Positions 1 to 11,449 of a stretch of DNA of 64,000 nt are shown here, piece after piece. Under the pieces are notes generated by a model, which saw only the letters and a program-made list of their open reading frames with translations, was not told where the DNA came from and ran no database searches. Where the stretch lies: contig JAFGSF010000053.1 of NCBI GenBank assembly GCA_016934745.1, positions 5,325 to 69,324 of the forward strand, written 5' to 3'. Every line of letters begins with the position of its first letter. Position 1 is the stretch's first letter. Origin of the DNA: Candidatus Aminicenantes bacterium. GTDB lineage: Bacteria; Acidobacteriota; Aminicenantia; UBA2199. The translations under genes were made by a program, and so were the position numbers.

Positions 1-2255
1 TCATCCGTGAAGACGAGGTCAACGCTGAAATAGCCCGTCTTGAAAAAGCCGGCAAAAAAGTGCCGCTGATCAAGTACCATCCTTTTTATTTGAGCGCCTG
101 GGAAGAAGAAGAGTATACCATTGCCCAGGCCAATGCCGAACTGGATGAAAAAAGCTGCTTGCTCGCCAAAAAAATTGACGCGCGCAGAGCCGGAGAAACC
201 ATCCTGGTTGACCCCGCGGAAGTGAATTTCATGGATATTTCTCCCAAGCAGATTGTTTCCATTTCGGCGGCGTTGATCCCGTTTTTGGAAAACGATGACG
301 CCAACCGCGCCTTGATGGGCTCCAACATGCAGCGTCAGGCTGTTCCCTTGATCAATCCCGAGGCGTGCATTGTCGGCACGGGGATGGAGTACCGGCTGAT
401 CAAGGATTCCGGCATGGTGATTGTTTGCCGGCGTTCCGGCGTGGTGATGAACGCCGATGCCGAGCGCATCATCGTCCGCGTTGATTCCGATGACGCTTCT
501 GATCTTGATTTTTCTGAAATCCGCGCCGACCTGTATGAATTGCAGAAGTACCGGCGCTCCAATCAAAATACCATTATCAACCAGCGCCCCCTGGTCCGCG
601 TTGGCGAGCGGGTGGAAAAAGGTCAGATTCTTTGTGACGGCCCGGCTTCCAACAAGGGTGAATTGGCCATGGGCCGGAACATTCTCGCCGCCTTTGTTCC
701 CTGGCGCGGCTATAATTACGAGGACGCCATCATCTTGAGTGAAAGACTGGTCAAGAATTCAGCTTTCAATTCCATATACATCGTCGAAGAAACGATCGAG
801 GCTCGCGAAACCAAACTGGGTCCCGAAGAAATCACCCGTGATATTCCGAGCGTATCCGAAGCGGCCATGAAAAATCTTGATGAAAGCGGTATCGTGCGCA
901 TCGGCGCCAAGGTCAAGCCTGGCGAGATCCTTGTCGGCAAAGTATCCCCGAAGGGGGAAACCCAGCTCTCTCCCGAAGAAAAGTTGCTGCGGGCCATTTT
1001 TGGCGAACAGGCTTCCGAGATCAAGGACTCCTCATTGTACTGTCCGCCGGGAGTCGAAGGGACCGTTATCAATGTCAAGGTGTTCACCCGCCGCGGTTTG
1101 AACAAGGACCAGCGGGCAACGGAGATCGATCAGATAGAAACTGCCAAGCTGAACCGGAATTTCAATGACGAGGAAAAAATCCTGGTCGCCGAGAAATTCC
1201 AGAAAATCAGCAAATTGCTGAAAAAAGAGAAACTCGTCAAAGAATTCAGTTTTGAAAAAAAGAAATACGAAAAAGGGCATGCCATTTCAGTCAAGGACCT
1301 TGAAAAAATGAACTCTTCGTTCCTCAAGGAAGTCAAAAAATGCATAACCGATGAAGCCAAGAACCAGGTCAACGAGGTTGAAAAAAAAGTGCGGCTTCAT
1401 ATCGACGCCCTGAAACTCGAAAAACAGGAAAAAATTGACCAGATGGCCAGGGGCGACGAGTTTTCTCCGGGAATCATCAAGATTGTCAAGGTGCTGATCG
1501 CCGTCAATCGCAAAATTTCCGTCGGCGATAAGATGGCCGGCCGCCATGGCAACAAAGGCGTTGTCGCCAAAATATTGCCGGTTGAAGACATGCCCTTTCT
1601 TGAAGACGGCCGCCATGTGGACGTCGTACTCAATCCTCTGGGCGTTCCCTCGCGAATGAATGTCGGCCAGGTATACGAAATGATTCTGGCCTGGGCAGGC
1701 AAAGAATTGGGCTGTTATTTCGAGACGCCTGTTTTTGACGGAGCCACTGAAAATGATGTTATGGCATACATGAAAAAAGCCGGATTGCCTGAGGACGGCA
1801 AAGTTGTCCTTTACGACGGCATATCGGGTGAAACTTTCAAAAATAAGGTCACGGTCGGCTATATGTACATGATGAAACTTGAACACATGGTTGACGACAA
1901 GATTCATGCCCGTTCGACCGGACCGTATTCGCTGATTACGCAGCAGCCACTTGGCGGCAAGGCCCAATTCGGGGGCCAGCGGGTCGGAGAAATGGAAGTA
2001 TGGGCCCTTGAAGCATACGGGGCGGCTTACATTTTGCAGGAAATGCTGACCATAAAATCCGATAACATCAGCGGCCGGAATGAAATATATTCGGCGATCG
2101 TCAAGGGGACCATGGACTTTAATCCCGGATTACCTGAATCGTTCAATGTTTTGGTCAAGGAACTGAAAAGCCTGGTGTTGAATATGGAATTGATCAAAAA
2201 GGATAAAGTCAGCGATGAAAGCAAGGTTCAGGAAAATATCGCCAATATTTCTTAA
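1..2255 (+). CDS. rpoB: DNA-directed RNA polymerase subunit beta, C-terminal ~750 aa (5' end outside window)
   Basis: Frame 3 is open from base 3, so the GTG at 60 in the ORF track is internal. The translation carries beta-subunit hallmarks [28 protein letters not shown] and [20 protein letters not shown]. rpoC starts 10 nt after the stop. Confidence 0.97.
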   Translation, partial: IREDEVNAEIARLEKAGKKVPLIKYHPFYLSAWEEEEYTIAQANAELDEKSCLLAKKIDARRAGETILVDPAEVNFMDISPKQIVSISAALIPFLENDDANRALMGSNMQRQAVPLINPEACIVGTGMEYRLIKDSGMVIVCRRSGVVMNADAERIIVRVDSDDASDLDFSEIRADLYELQKYRRSNQNTIINQRPLVRVGERVEKGQILCDGPASNKGELAMGRNILAAFVPWRGYNYEDAIILSERLVKNSAFNSIYIVEETIEARETKLGPEEITRDIPSVSEAAMKNLDESGIVRIGAKVKPGEILVGKVSPKGETQLSPEEKLLRAIFGEQASEIKDSSLYCPPGVEGTVINVKVFTRRGLNKDQRATEIDQIETAKLNRNFNDEEKILVAEKFQKISKLLKKEKLVKEFSFEKKKYEKGHAISVKDLEKMNSSFLKEVKKCITDEAKNQVNEVEKKVRLHIDALKLEKQEKIDQMARGDEFSPGIIKIVKVLIAVNRKISVGDKMAGRHGNKGVVAKILPVEDMPFLEDGRHVDVVLNPLGVPSRMNVGQVYEMILAWAGKELGCYFETPVFDGATENDVMAYMKKAGLPEDGKVVLYDGISGETFKNKVTVGYMYMMKLEHMVDDKIHARSTGPYSLITQQPLGGKAQFGGQRVGEMEVWALEAYGAAYILQEMLTIKSDNISGRNEIYSAIVKGTMDFNPGLPESFNVLVKELKSLVLNMELIKKDKVSDESKVQENIANIS

Positions 2256-2264
2256 GGAGAAAGG

Positions 2265-5200
2265 ATGCGCAAATTAAAAAAAGACGGTAAAGAAATAAAA
2301 ATTATGGATTACAGCCACGTAAAAGTGAGCATTGCTTCTCCGGAAATAATTCGCAGTTGGTCCTACGGGGAAGTCACCAAGCCTGAAACCATAAATTACC
2401 GTACTTTCAAGCCTGAACGTGACGGGCTTTTCTGCGCGAAAATTTTCGGGCCCACGCAGGATTTTCGCTGCCTGTGCGGCAAATATAAGGGTCTAAAATA
2501 TAAAGGCATTGTCTGTGAAAAATGCGGAGTTGAAGTCACCCTGGCTTCGGTACGCCGGGAAAGGATGGCCCATATTGAACTTAATTCCAAGGTGGCCCAT
2601 ATCTGGTTTTTCAAGGGTATTCCATCGCGCATCGGTGTTTTGCTGGAAATCAGTTCCAAGGAATTGGAGCATATTGTATATTTTGAAAGTTATATCGTTC
2701 TGGATCCAAAAAATGTACCGACCTTGAAATATAAGCAAGTGCTTTCTGAAGATGAGTATCAAGATCACGTAACCCGGTACGGTGATGATGCTTTCCGGGC
2801 CGGAATGGGTGCCGAAGCTCTGCATGAACTCTTACTGGCATTGAATCTTGAGGAAGAAGTTGCCAGTTTGAAATCACGCATTCGGGTGGAGAAATCTTTT
2901 CAACGCAAGAAAAACATGGCCCGGCGGCTGAAGTTAATGGAAGATTTTTTGAAGTCAGGCAACCGCCCGGAATGGATGATTCTCGGAGTCATGCCGGTGA
3001 TGCCGCCTGATCTTCGCCCCCTGGTGCGCCTGGATGGCGGTCGTTTCGCCTCATCCGACCTGAACGATCTTTATCGCAGGGTGATCAATCGCAATAACCG
3101 TCTGAAAAGGCTTCTCGATCTGAAGGCTCCGGAATTGATCATAAAAAATGAAAAACGGATGTTGCAGGAATCGGCTGATGCTCTTTTTGACAACCAGAAG
3201 CGCAGTCGCAGTTATATGAGCTCCCAGAAACGACCCTTGAAATCGCTCTCGGACGCTTTGAAAGGCAAGCAGGGCAGGTTCCGTCAAAACCTGCTGGGCA
3301 AACGCGTGGATTATTCCGGGCGTTCGGTGATCGTGGTCGATCCCCACTTAAAACTTGACGAATGCGGTATTCCCAAAAAAATGGCTTTGGAACTTTTCAA
3401 ACCTTTCATCTACAATAAACTGGAAAAGAAGGGCATGGTGACTACGTTGAAAGTGGCCCGCACCTGGGTCGAGGAAAACCGCGACGAAATTTGGGATGCC
3501 CTGGATGAAGTGATCAGGGAACACACCGTCCTGCTGAATCGCGCTCCCACGCTGCACCGCTTGGGCATTCAGGCTTTCAAACCTCACCTGGTCGAAGGCA
3601 ATGCCATCACCCTGCATCCTCTGGTTTGCCCGGCATTCAACGCCGATTTTGACGGTGATCAAATGGCCGTACATATTCCCCTTTCACTGGAGGCACAGGC
3701 TGAAGCCAAAATCCTGATGCTCTCCTCAAACAATATTCTGTCTCCCGCCAATGGCAAACCCCTGGCTGTTCCCACGCAGGACATGATCCTTGGTTTTTAC
3801 TATTTGACTTTTACCAAGCACAATTTGCTCGGTGAGAACATGATATTTCCTTCATTCAAGGATGTGCTTCAGGCTTATGAACAGAACAAAGTCGATTTAA
3901 ATGCGCGCATCCGGGTGAAATATGTGGGCACGATCAAGAATTTGGATACCTATTCTTTTGATCCCCAGGATGTTGTCAATTGCCCGATCACTGAAATAAA
4001 AAAAGAGGACAACCACCTGTTGGTGACCACTCCCGGTCGGGTGATCTTCAACCAGCTTTTGCCCCAGGGTATTCCGTTCATCAATGGCTTGATGAAGAAA
4101 AAAGGGGTTCAGAACCTCATTTACTTTATATACCTCAATCATGGTTTCGGCCCCACGGTAGAAACCCTGGACAAGATGAAGGAAGCCGGTTTCGAATATG
4201 CCACCCGGGCCGGTTTTACCATCAGTATTTCAGATCTGCTGGTTCCACCGGAAAAGCAATCCATTATTGCCTCGACTGAAAAAGAGCTGGAAAAGATAGA
4301 ACGCAATTACAAGGCCGGGCATTTAACGGCCGGAGAACGGCACAACAAGATCATCGAAATCTGGAGCAAGGCAACCGATGATATCCGTGAGAAAATGTTT
4401 GCCCAGATGCGCACCATGAGCTATGAGGTCGAGGGCATGAACCCCATTTTCGTCATGTCCGATTCCGGAGCCCGCGGCAGCAAGGACCAGTTGAAGCAGC
4501 TGGCCGGCATGCGCGGCCTGATGGCCAAGCCGTCCGGCGAGATCCTGGAAACCCCGATTACTGCCAACTTCAAGGAAGGCCTGTCGGTCCTGCAGTACTT
4601 CATTTCGACACACGGCGCCCGCAAGGGTTTGGCGGATACGGCCTTGAAAACCGCCGATGCCGGATATCTGACCCGAAAGCTGGTCGATGCTGCCAACGAA
4701 GTGATTGTCAAGGAAGAAGACTGCCATACCTTGAACGGTATCGAAGTGTCGGCTATCATTGAAAACGGCAAGGAAATCGAACCCCTGATCGATCGTTTGA
4801 TCGGACGCGTCGCGTTGGAGGATATTTATTCCCCGGACAATCCGGAAAAGACCATTGTCAAGGGCGGCGAGGAAATCGATGAATACAAGGGCAAGGAAAT
4901 CGTCGATTCTGGCATCATGAAAACCAAGATCCGCTCCGCGCTGACCTGCGAAACCCGGAGTGGGGTTTGCTGCAAGTGCTATGGCCGCAATCTTTCAACC
5001 GGCAAACAGATCGAATTGGGCGAAGCGGTGGGAATCATTGCCGCTCAATCCATCGGTGAACCGGGTACACAGCTGACCATGCGCACGTTCCACATCGGCG
5101 GAATCGGTCGACATGAAGGCCAGACTCATTTGCAGGCCGGCTATGAAGGCATCATCAAGTACAATAATTTGGAAATCACTCTGGATAAAAACGGTGACTT

Positions 5201-6410
5201 CATTGCCATGAACCGCATCGGTTCCGTACAGATACTGGATTCTAAAAAAAGGGAAAAGGCCATGTATCCCGTTGCCTACGGTTCCAAGATACTGGTCAAG
5301 GAAAACCAGGCGGTAAAAAAGGGCGATTTGCTGCTGGAATGGGATCCTTTCGCCAACTCATTGCTTACCAACGACGAGGGTATCGTTGAACTGAAGGACC
5401 TGGAAGAAAACGTGTCCTTTGTCAATGCCCGTGACGAAGAAACCGGCAAGATCACGCAACTGGTCATCGATATCAAGAATGAAAAACTGCGCGATGAATT
5501 GCTGCCCAACATTTCCATCCGCGATAAAGAGACCAATAAAATGAAAAGGAAGTACTACCTTCCGGTTAATGCCCATATTTCGGTCAAGGATGGTGATGAA
5601 GTAAAAGCCGGGGATGTTCTTTTTAAAATACCCTCGGAGTTCGCTAAAACCAAGGACATCACCGGAGGTTTGCCCAGGGTTACCGAATTATTCGAAGCGC
5701 GCAAGCCAAAATTTCCTGCCAAAATGGCCCAAATCGACGGCATCATTGAATATGGCAAGGTGTTAAAAGGAGCCCGCAAAATTATTATCCGTTCTTTGGA
5801 TAAAAATATCAAACCCGACGAGCACAGCATCCCGCGCGGCGCCCATATCATCATTGAAGACGGCGCGAAAATTACGGCTGGCACTCCGTTAATGGACGGT
5901 CCGCTGAATCCGGTCGATATTCTCTCGGTCCTTGGTGAGCAGAAGTTGGCGGAGTACCTGTTAAAGGAGATCCAGGATGTCTACCGTTTGCAGGGTGTGG
6001 AAATCAATGACAAGCATATTGAAATCATCATTCGGCAGATGATCAAGTGGCGGCGCGTTGAAGATGTGGGCGATACCATGTTCATTCCCGATCAAATCAT
6101 CGAAAAATGGAAATTTGAAGAGGAAAATGCCCGCGTCCAGGCCGAGGGCGGCCAGACGGCCAAAGCCAAACCGGCCTTGCTGCCGATTTCAAGGGCGGCG
6201 CTGGCCAATGACAGTTTCATTTCCGCCGCGGCTTTCCAGGAAACCACCCGCATATTGACCGATGCTTCCATCGCCGGCAAGGAAGACCACTTGCTGGGCA
6301 TCAAGGAAAACGTGACCATGGGTCGCCTGATCCCGGCCGGCACCGGGTATTCGTTCTACCAACAGGCGGAAATGGAGAGCATGGAAAACAAGTTCAAGAT
6401 CGCGAAATAA
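2265..6410 (+). CDS. rpoC: DNA-directed RNA polymerase subunit beta'
   Basis: 1381 aa with RBS aaggag upstream of ATG 2265. It has the Zn-finger [23 protein letters not shown] and the catalytic [12 protein letters not shown] motif, and follows rpoB directly. Confidence 0.97.
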   Translation: MRKLKKDGKEIKIMDYSHVKVSIASPEIIRSWSYGEVTKPETINYRTFKPERDGLFCAKIFGPTQDFRCLCGKYKGLKYKGIVCEKCGVEVTLASVRRERMAHIELNSKVAHIWFFKGIPSRIGVLLEISSKELEHIVYFESYIVLDPKNVPTLKYKQVLSEDEYQDHVTRYGDDAFRAGMGAEALHELLLALNLEEEVASLKSRIRVEKSFQRKKNMARRLKLMEDFLKSGNRPEWMILGVMPVMPPDLRPLVRLDGGRFASSDLNDLYRRVINRNNRLKRLLDLKAPELIIKNEKRMLQESADALFDNQKRSRSYMSSQKRPLKSLSDALKGKQGRFRQNLLGKRVDYSGRSVIVVDPHLKLDECGIPKKMALELFKPFIYNKLEKKGMVTTLKVARTWVEENRDEIWDALDEVIREHTVLLNRAPTLHRLGIQAFKPHLVEGNAITLHPLVCPAFNADFDGDQMAVHIPLSLEAQAEAKILMLSSNNILSPANGKPLAVPTQDMILGFYYLTFTKHNLLGENMIFPSFKDVLQAYEQNKVDLNARIRVKYVGTIKNLDTYSFDPQDVVNCPITEIKKEDNHLLVTTPGRVIFNQLLPQGIPFINGLMKKKGVQNLIYFIYLNHGFGPTVETLDKMKEAGFEYATRAGFTISISDLLVPPEKQSIIASTEKELEKIERNYKAGHLTAGERHNKIIEIWSKATDDIREKMFAQMRTMSYEVEGMNPIFVMSDSGARGSKDQLKQLAGMRGLMAKPSGEILETPITANFKEGLSVLQYFISTHGARKGLADTALKTADAGYLTRKLVDAANEVIVKEEDCHTLNGIEVSAIIENGKEIEPLIDRLIGRVALEDIYSPDNPEKTIVKGGEEIDEYKGKEIVDSGIMKTKIRSALTCETRSGVCCKCYGRNLSTGKQIELGEAVGIIAAQSIGEPGTQLTMRTFHIGGIGRHEGQTHLQAGYEGIIKYNNLEITLDKNGDFIAMNRIGSVQILDSKKREKAMYPVAYGSKILVKENQAVKKGDLLLEWDPFANSLLTNDEGIVELKDLEENVSFVNARDEETGKITQLVIDIKNEKLRDELLPNISIRDKETNKMKRKYYLPVNAHISVKDGDEVKAGDVLFKIPSEFAKTKDITGGLPRVTELFEARKPKFPAKMAQIDGIIEYGKVLKGARKIIIRSLDKNIKPDEHSIPRGAHIIIEDGAKITAGTPLMDGPLNPVDILSVLGEQKLAEYLLKEIQDVYRLQGVEINDKHIEIIIRQMIKWRRVEDVGDTMFIPDQIIEKWKFEEENARVQAEGGQTAKAKPALLPISRAALANDSFISAAAFQETTRILTDASIAGKEDHLLGIKENVTMGRLIPAGTGYSFYQQAEMESMENKFKIAK

Positions 6411-6466
6411 CTGATCGCCATAATCTGACTGGTTTGCCATGCACCGCTTAGGTTCTTGGCAATCCA

Positions 6467-6597
6467 GTGTTAGTAGGCGTGTGAGTGTTAGAAAGAAAAC
6501 GAGCGAAATAGAAGTTATTACTGCAGGAATGTTAAGCAGGATTGCAAATAAATTTTCAATAACAATGAATGGCTTCTGCTAACACTATCACTAACAC
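6467..6597. repeat. Inverted-repeat element built from four copies of a 7-mer (GTGTTAG x2 on the left, CTAACAC x2 on the right)
   Basis: GTGTTAG lies at 6467-6473 and 6485-6491, and its complement CTAACAC at 6579-6585 and 6591-6597. A smaller GTTATT/AATAAC pair lies inside. The element sits in the convergent rpoC/rluB gap and abuts the rluB stop codon. Confidence 0.6.
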
Positions 6598-7335
6598 TTA
6601 TTCCGGGAAGTTGTATTTCTTTTTGAAGGCGGCGATTTCATAATCCTTTAATTCTCGCCATTCGCCCAGCGGCAGTTTTTTCAGATTGATATTGCCGATG
6701 GCGATGCGCCGCAGCTTTTCCACCGGGTGCCCGGAATATTTGAAAGCCTTGCGCAGGATATGCTTTTTGCCTTCCGTGATGGTCACCTTTAGCCAGGAAT
6801 TGCCGGAACTGGTTAATTTTACGGGCTCGATCGCGAAGGGATTGAGGCGCTCCCCTTCCAAGAACACCCCCTTTTCCAGTTTCTTTTGCGTGGTTAGGCT
6901 CAATTCGCCCTTGATTTTCAGCAGGTAGGTCTTGGGCACCTGGTTCCGGGCCGAAATAATGAAATTGGCCAGGTCGCCGTCATTAGTCAGCAGCATCAAA
7001 CCGTCGGAAAAGTAATCCAGCCGGCCCACCGGGTAGACCCTCTCTTTGATGCGGCTGATGAATGCTGTGATGGTTGGCCGTCCCTGGGGATCGTCCAGGG
7101 TGGACACAATGCCCACCGGCTTGTTCAGGATGAAATAACTTTTATTTTGCAGTCGGAGTTTCAGCAGCTTTTTTCTGAAATGGATCTGGTCGCGGTCGAT
7201 TCTGACGGGAAAATTTGGGTCGGTCACGGTCCGTTGATTGACCTTGAATTTGCCTTCATGGATCCATTGGCGGATATCGCGACGACTGGCCAAGCCGCAG
7301 TCTTGCAGGAATTTTTGTAATTTCATTTCTTTCAT
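6598..7335 (-). CDS. rluB: 23S rRNA pseudouridine synthase, RsuA/RluB family
   Basis: 245 aa with an N-terminal S4 domain (KLQKFLQDCGLASRRDIRQWIHEGKFKVN) and the catalytic motif VGRLDYFSDGLMLLTNDG. Its start overlaps the stop of the upstream regulator by 4 nt. Confidence 0.85.
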   Translation of the reverse strand: MKEMKLQKFLQDCGLASRRDIRQWIHEGKFKVNQRTVTDPNFPVRIDRDQIHFRKKLLKLRLQNKSYFILNKPVGIVSTLDDPQGRPTITAFISRIKERVYPVGRLDYFSDGLMLLTNDGDLANFIISARNQVPKTYLLKIKGELSLTTQKKLEKGVFLEGERLNPFAIEPVKLTSSGNSWLKVTITEGKKHILRKAFKYSGHPVEKLRRIAIGNINLKKLPLGEWRELKDYEIAAFKKKYNFPE

Positions 7336-8684
7336 TTTTGAATCCCCAGTCTTTTTATCAGTTCATAAAGGGTGGACGGCTTGAGCTGAAGGTCTTCGGC
7401 CGCTTTTTTCTGGATCCAACTGTTTTCTTCGAGGGTTTCGACAATGACCTGACGTTTGAATGCGTCGACCTGATCGTTGAAGCTGCCCTTTTCTTTACGC
7501 TGCTGTTTTTTTTTGCTTAATATTTCCTGAGGCAACGCATCCGGAGTGAGCAAATCTCCCTGGTTGAGCAGCACGGCCCGCAGCATGGCATTCTGCAGCT
7601 CACGGATGTTGCCGGGCCAATTGTATTCCATCAGTTGCCTTAAAAATTTCTGACTCATGCCCTTGATGGGCTTTTTGTTCTCGCGGCTGTACCTCTTCAT
7701 GAACGTATCGGCTAAAATTGGGATGTCTTCCTTGCGGTCGCGTAAAGGCGGCAGATGGATGCCGATGATATTCAGTCGATAGTAAAGGTCTTCACGAAAT
7801 TCCCCGCTTTTAACCTTGCTCATCAAGTCGATGTTGGTAGCCGCCAAAATGCGCACATCCACTTTTTTGATCTGGTTGCTGCCCAGTGGCTGGATTTCCT
7901 TTTCCTGAAGGACGCGCAGGATCTTGGCCTGGGTTTCCGGGGTCAGGTTGGCGATTTCATCGAAAAAAATGGTGCCGCCGTCTGCCTCCTCGAAAACTCC
8001 TTTTTTATCGCTGGCTGCGCCCGTATAAGCGCCCTTTTTATAACCGAAAAGCAGGCTTTCAAACAAGGTCGCCGGGATGTTGCTTGAATTAAAAGGAGAA
8101 AAGGGCATATTTTTGCGGTTGGAATTGGAGTGGATGGCCTTGGCGATTAACTCTTTGCCCGTTCCGCTTTCTCCAGTGATTAAAATGGTCGAATTGGAAT
8201 CGGCCACGCTTTCGACCATATTCAGTATCTTTTTTAAAAGTGGGCTACGGCCGATGATGTTGTCGAAGGAAAACCGGTCATTGAGCGTTTTTTTCAACTG
8301 AGTGTTTTCGCGGTTCAGCTTTTTCTCCTTGATGACGCGGTCCACCTTGTGTTTGAGCTCGATGTTATTGAACGGTTTTTGCAAATAATCCAGGGCACCC
8401 TGCTTGATGGCTTCGATCGCCGCTTCGATGGTTCCAAAAGCGGTTAAGAAAATGGCCTTGATTTCAGGATCATCCTTTTTTAACTCCTTGAAAATTTCCA
8501 TTCCCGAACTGCCGGGGATCATCTGGTCCATAATCACCACGTCCACGTCCGGCGTGTGGTTGCTTTTAGCCTGGGACTTGTTTTCGGAAATGCGTAACTG
8601 GTATTCAGATTCGACAAATATTTTCTTGAATATATCGTGAATAATGCTTTCATCATCCACGAGATGGACTATTTTTCTTTTCAT
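7332..8684 (-). CDS. Sigma-54-dependent response regulator (NtrC/Fis family bEBP)
   Basis: 450 aa. It has a receiver domain (VDDE ... VIMDQMIPG) and an AAA+ domain with Walker A GESGTGKE, Walker B GGTIFFDEI and a GAYTGA loop (a variant of GAFTGA). A C-terminal HTH (STLYELIKRLGI) follows. Confidence 0.9.
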   Translation of the reverse strand: MKRKIVHLVDDESIIHDIFKKIFVESEYQLRISENKSQAKSNHTPDVDVVIMDQMIPGSSGMEIFKELKKDDPEIKAIFLTAFGTIEAAIEAIKQGALDYLQKPFNNIELKHKVDRVIKEKKLNRENTQLKKTLNDRFSFDNIIGRSPLLKKILNMVESVADSNSTILITGESGTGKELIAKAIHSNSNRKNMPFSPFNSSNIPATLFESLLFGYKKGAYTGAASDKKGVFEEADGGTIFFDEIANLTPETQAKILRVLQEKEIQPLGSNQIKKVDVRILAATNIDLMSKVKSGEFREDLYYRLNIIGIHLPPLRDRKEDIPILADTFMKRYSRENKKPIKGMSQKFLRQLMEYNWPGNIRELQNAMLRAVLLNQGDLLTPDALPQEILSKKKQQRKEKGSFNDQVDAFKRQVIVETLEENSWIQKKAAEDLQLKPSTLYELIKRLGIQK

Positions 8685-11449
8685 AAGCTGATGCTCCTTA
8701 AGGGGCTCTGCAGGGGGAAAGTGATGGTAAATGTAGTTCCCTGCTCAAGTTTGCTGCGTGCCTCGATATTCCCGAAGTGTTCCTTGACAATACTGTAAAC
8801 AATGGAAAGCCCCAACCCGGTGCCCTTGCCGATTTCCTTGGTGGTAAAAAACGGGTCGAATATTTTTTCCAGCAGGCTTTCCTCGATGCCGCGGCCGTTG
8901 TCGTTAAAGCTGATGATAATTTGCTCGCTGGTTTCTTCTCCCCGGATCGATATTTTCCCTTCACCCGTGACATCGTCAATGGCATCAATGGCATTGATGA
9001 AAAGATTGATGAAAAGTTGCTGCAGACGGGTGGAAAATCCATAAAAATTCATTTTAAAATCGTATTCCTTTGCCAAGTGGATGTTTTTCTTTTTTAATTT
9101 ATGTTCAACCAGGGCTAAACTTTCCTCGATTACCTTGTTCAAACTGACGGGGAGGGGCTGCTGACCTTTTTGCCGCGAAAAATCAAGCAGGGTACGGATG
9201 ATTTTATTTGCCCGCAGCACCTGGTCGTGCATTTTCGAAACCAGTTCGCGATGATCGGCATCATCCGGGTTGTCCAGTAAAAATTGGCAGTAAGAAGAGA
9301 TGCCGGTCAATGGGGTATTGATTTCATGAGCGATGCCTGCCGCCAGCAGGCCCACGGAAGCCATTTTTTCAGAAGTGATCAATTGATGCTGGATGTTGAT
9401 TTTTTCAGTGACGTCCTCGAATACGAATATCCGTCCCGCGATTTTGCCGCTCTCATTTTTTAAAAGAGAAATATACACATCATATATACGTTCGTGGTCC
9501 TGATGGGAAACCTTCAGGTTGCGTAACGTGTGGGTCCCGGACGGAGCAGCCTGCAATTTGCCCCATAGCTCGCTTCCCAGAACTTGGGCGGCTTTTTTAT
9601 GAAGTGCTTTTTGCCTCTTTATTTGCAAGCGCTCCTCCATAAAATAATTCCAGGTCTGCACCTGATTCAGTCGCGACACGACCATGATTCCGAGATTGAT
9701 GTTTTCAATGATGTTTTCATTGAACTCTTTCAACAGGTTCAATTCGGTCAGCTGGGTTTCCAAGCGCGAATATAAAAAAGCGTTTTCCACCGATAATGCC
9801 AGCGGGGCCGAAATACTGGACATCAGTTCCAGGTCTTCAATGGTCAGGTAAGTGCCGTCGGTTTTTCTGCCCATGGCCACGATGCCGACCATTCGGTTGC
9901 TGATGTGCAAAGGCAGGAACTGGAAGAATTTATTTTGCTGCAGTGTCGCCTGGTCGTGAGGAAATTTGGTTTTAAATTCCTGTTCGGACAGAAAAATTAC
10001 GTTTTCCTGCTTGCTCACGGCATCACGGAACGGCCGGGACAAAAACAGTCGCGTCCGTTCTGGCAGTAAATAAAACATGTTGTTCTTGTTGTGTATCAGC
10101 AGAGCACAGTTTTGCAGTTGAAAGCCGCGCGTAATGATTTCCAGGAAATTGACGGACAGCGAATACAAATCTCTCTGGGTGCTGATCGAGGACTCAAGCT
10201 CTTTCAACTTGCGCTTGAAATTGAATGTATCACGGTAGAATACTTTTTCAAATACTTTCTGGATGGTGGTTTCCAATGGTTTAAATAAAAGGCCGGCCAT
10301 TAAAATGGCGGCGATGGACCAGAAAATTCCCAGCAACTTGTTTTGCTCGATATTCAAGCCCAAAAAAAGGTAAATGCCGAAAATAAAAACAAACAGCGAA
10401 GAGATGGAAATGGTTTTCTTGATGATGTTTTCAATGTCGGTCAATCTTCTTTGGGTCAGGAAATAGACCAGACTTAAAGGCAAAAAGGGCAGGAAGAACA
10501 TGCTCAGGTAGGCAACCGGTGCGGTTTGGAATTGTGACGCCTGCGGCGAAAAAGTAAGCAGCAGCAGTGCCACGTAACTCAGGGATATGCCAATGAGTGG
10601 AAACAGGTAGCGTTTCTGCTTTTTTTTGAGTATCAGGTTCAGTGAGGATGCCATGATGGTTGCCCAGGAGAAAAACAGATACAAAGCGAAATATTTTTGG
10701 GAAATAGCGCGAAAATGGTTGATGACGGTGGTCAGAATTTCCGGGTCGGTGGCGAATAGATTTTCCAGGATATAGTAGATATTGAGCAGTAGGATGCTCA
10801 CGGGGGGGAGGTAAATGATCAAGTAGCGAAAGCGGCTGCTGAATTTTTTGAAAAACTTGTTCCGGAGCGGATATTGCAGCGAATATTGCAGCAGCACGGC
10901 TGGGAAAATAAGATAGCAAACCGTATCGAGGGTCAGAAAAAAAAAGTCGCCGGGTCCGTAATCGCCGCTGGGCGAAAAAATCAAAAAACCTGACAGGGTC
11001 AGGCTGAGTATGAAAAAAATCTGCGGCGGTGGGAAAAGAGTTTCCTGTTTGATATGGACATTGAGTACACCCAGTGTCAGCAATATGGCCAATATGCCGA
11101 CGAAAACCAGGATATAATATGAAAAGGGAGTGAAAACCGGATGGATATCGACGCCAAAATTTTTCAGGATGCCCTGACTCTCGATTTCATAGCGGCAGTA
11201 GTTCCTTGCTTCTATGGAACGCAACAGATCGATTTTGTTGTTGATGGTATATTTGTTGACCGCCAGGAGAATGTCCCCTGGCTTGATCGGACTATTTTGC
11301 ACGGATGAGATGCATATCACTCCTTGGTTCGAATTTTCCCAGACAATTCCATCGGAAGCCGAGCTCCATTTCAATTTTTGAAAAATATTGGTCAAACTGA
11401 TGAGGATGAACAAGGCGAAGATGAAGTGCCAAGGATACTTTCTGATCAT
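8681..11449 (-). CDS. Multi-TM sensor histidine kinase with an N-terminal PDZ-like extracytoplasmic domain, then GAF, PAS, HisKA and HATPase_c
   Basis: 922 aa. An N-terminal TM is followed by a PDZ-like stretch GVICISSVQNSPIKPGDILLAVNKYTINNKIDLLRSI and about 9 further hydrophobic helices. Then come a GAF-like region, a PAS-like region, the H-box GIAHEINTPL, and ATPase motifs NLFINAIDAI, DNGRGI and GKGTGLGLSIV. Confidence 0.88.
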   Translation of the reverse strand: MIRKYPWHFIFALFILISLTNIFQKLKWSSASDGIVWENSNQGVICISSVQNSPIKPGDILLAVNKYTINNKIDLLRSIEARNYCRYEIESQGILKNFGVDIHPVFTPFSYYILVFVGILAILLTLGVLNVHIKQETLFPPPQIFFILSLTLSGFLIFSPSGDYGPGDFFFLTLDTVCYLIFPAVLLQYSLQYPLRNKFFKKFSSRFRYLIIYLPPVSILLLNIYYILENLFATDPEILTTVINHFRAISQKYFALYLFFSWATIMASSLNLILKKKQKRYLFPLIGISLSYVALLLLTFSPQASQFQTAPVAYLSMFFLPFLPLSLVYFLTQRRLTDIENIIKKTISISSLFVFIFGIYLFLGLNIEQNKLLGIFWSIAAILMAGLLFKPLETTIQKVFEKVFYRDTFNFKRKLKELESSISTQRDLYSLSVNFLEIITRGFQLQNCALLIHNKNNMFYLLPERTRLFLSRPFRDAVSKQENVIFLSEQEFKTKFPHDQATLQQNKFFQFLPLHISNRMVGIVAMGRKTDGTYLTIEDLELMSSISAPLALSVENAFLYSRLETQLTELNLLKEFNENIIENINLGIMVVSRLNQVQTWNYFMEERLQIKRQKALHKKAAQVLGSELWGKLQAAPSGTHTLRNLKVSHQDHERIYDVYISLLKNESGKIAGRIFVFEDVTEKINIQHQLITSEKMASVGLLAAGIAHEINTPLTGISSYCQFLLDNPDDADHRELVSKMHDQVLRANKIIRTLLDFSRQKGQQPLPVSLNKVIEESLALVEHKLKKKNIHLAKEYDFKMNFYGFSTRLQQLFINLFINAIDAIDDVTGEGKISIRGEETSEQIIISFNDNGRGIEESLLEKIFDPFFTTKEIGKGTGLGLSIVYSIVKEHFGNIEARSKLEQGTTFTITFPLQSPLRSISL

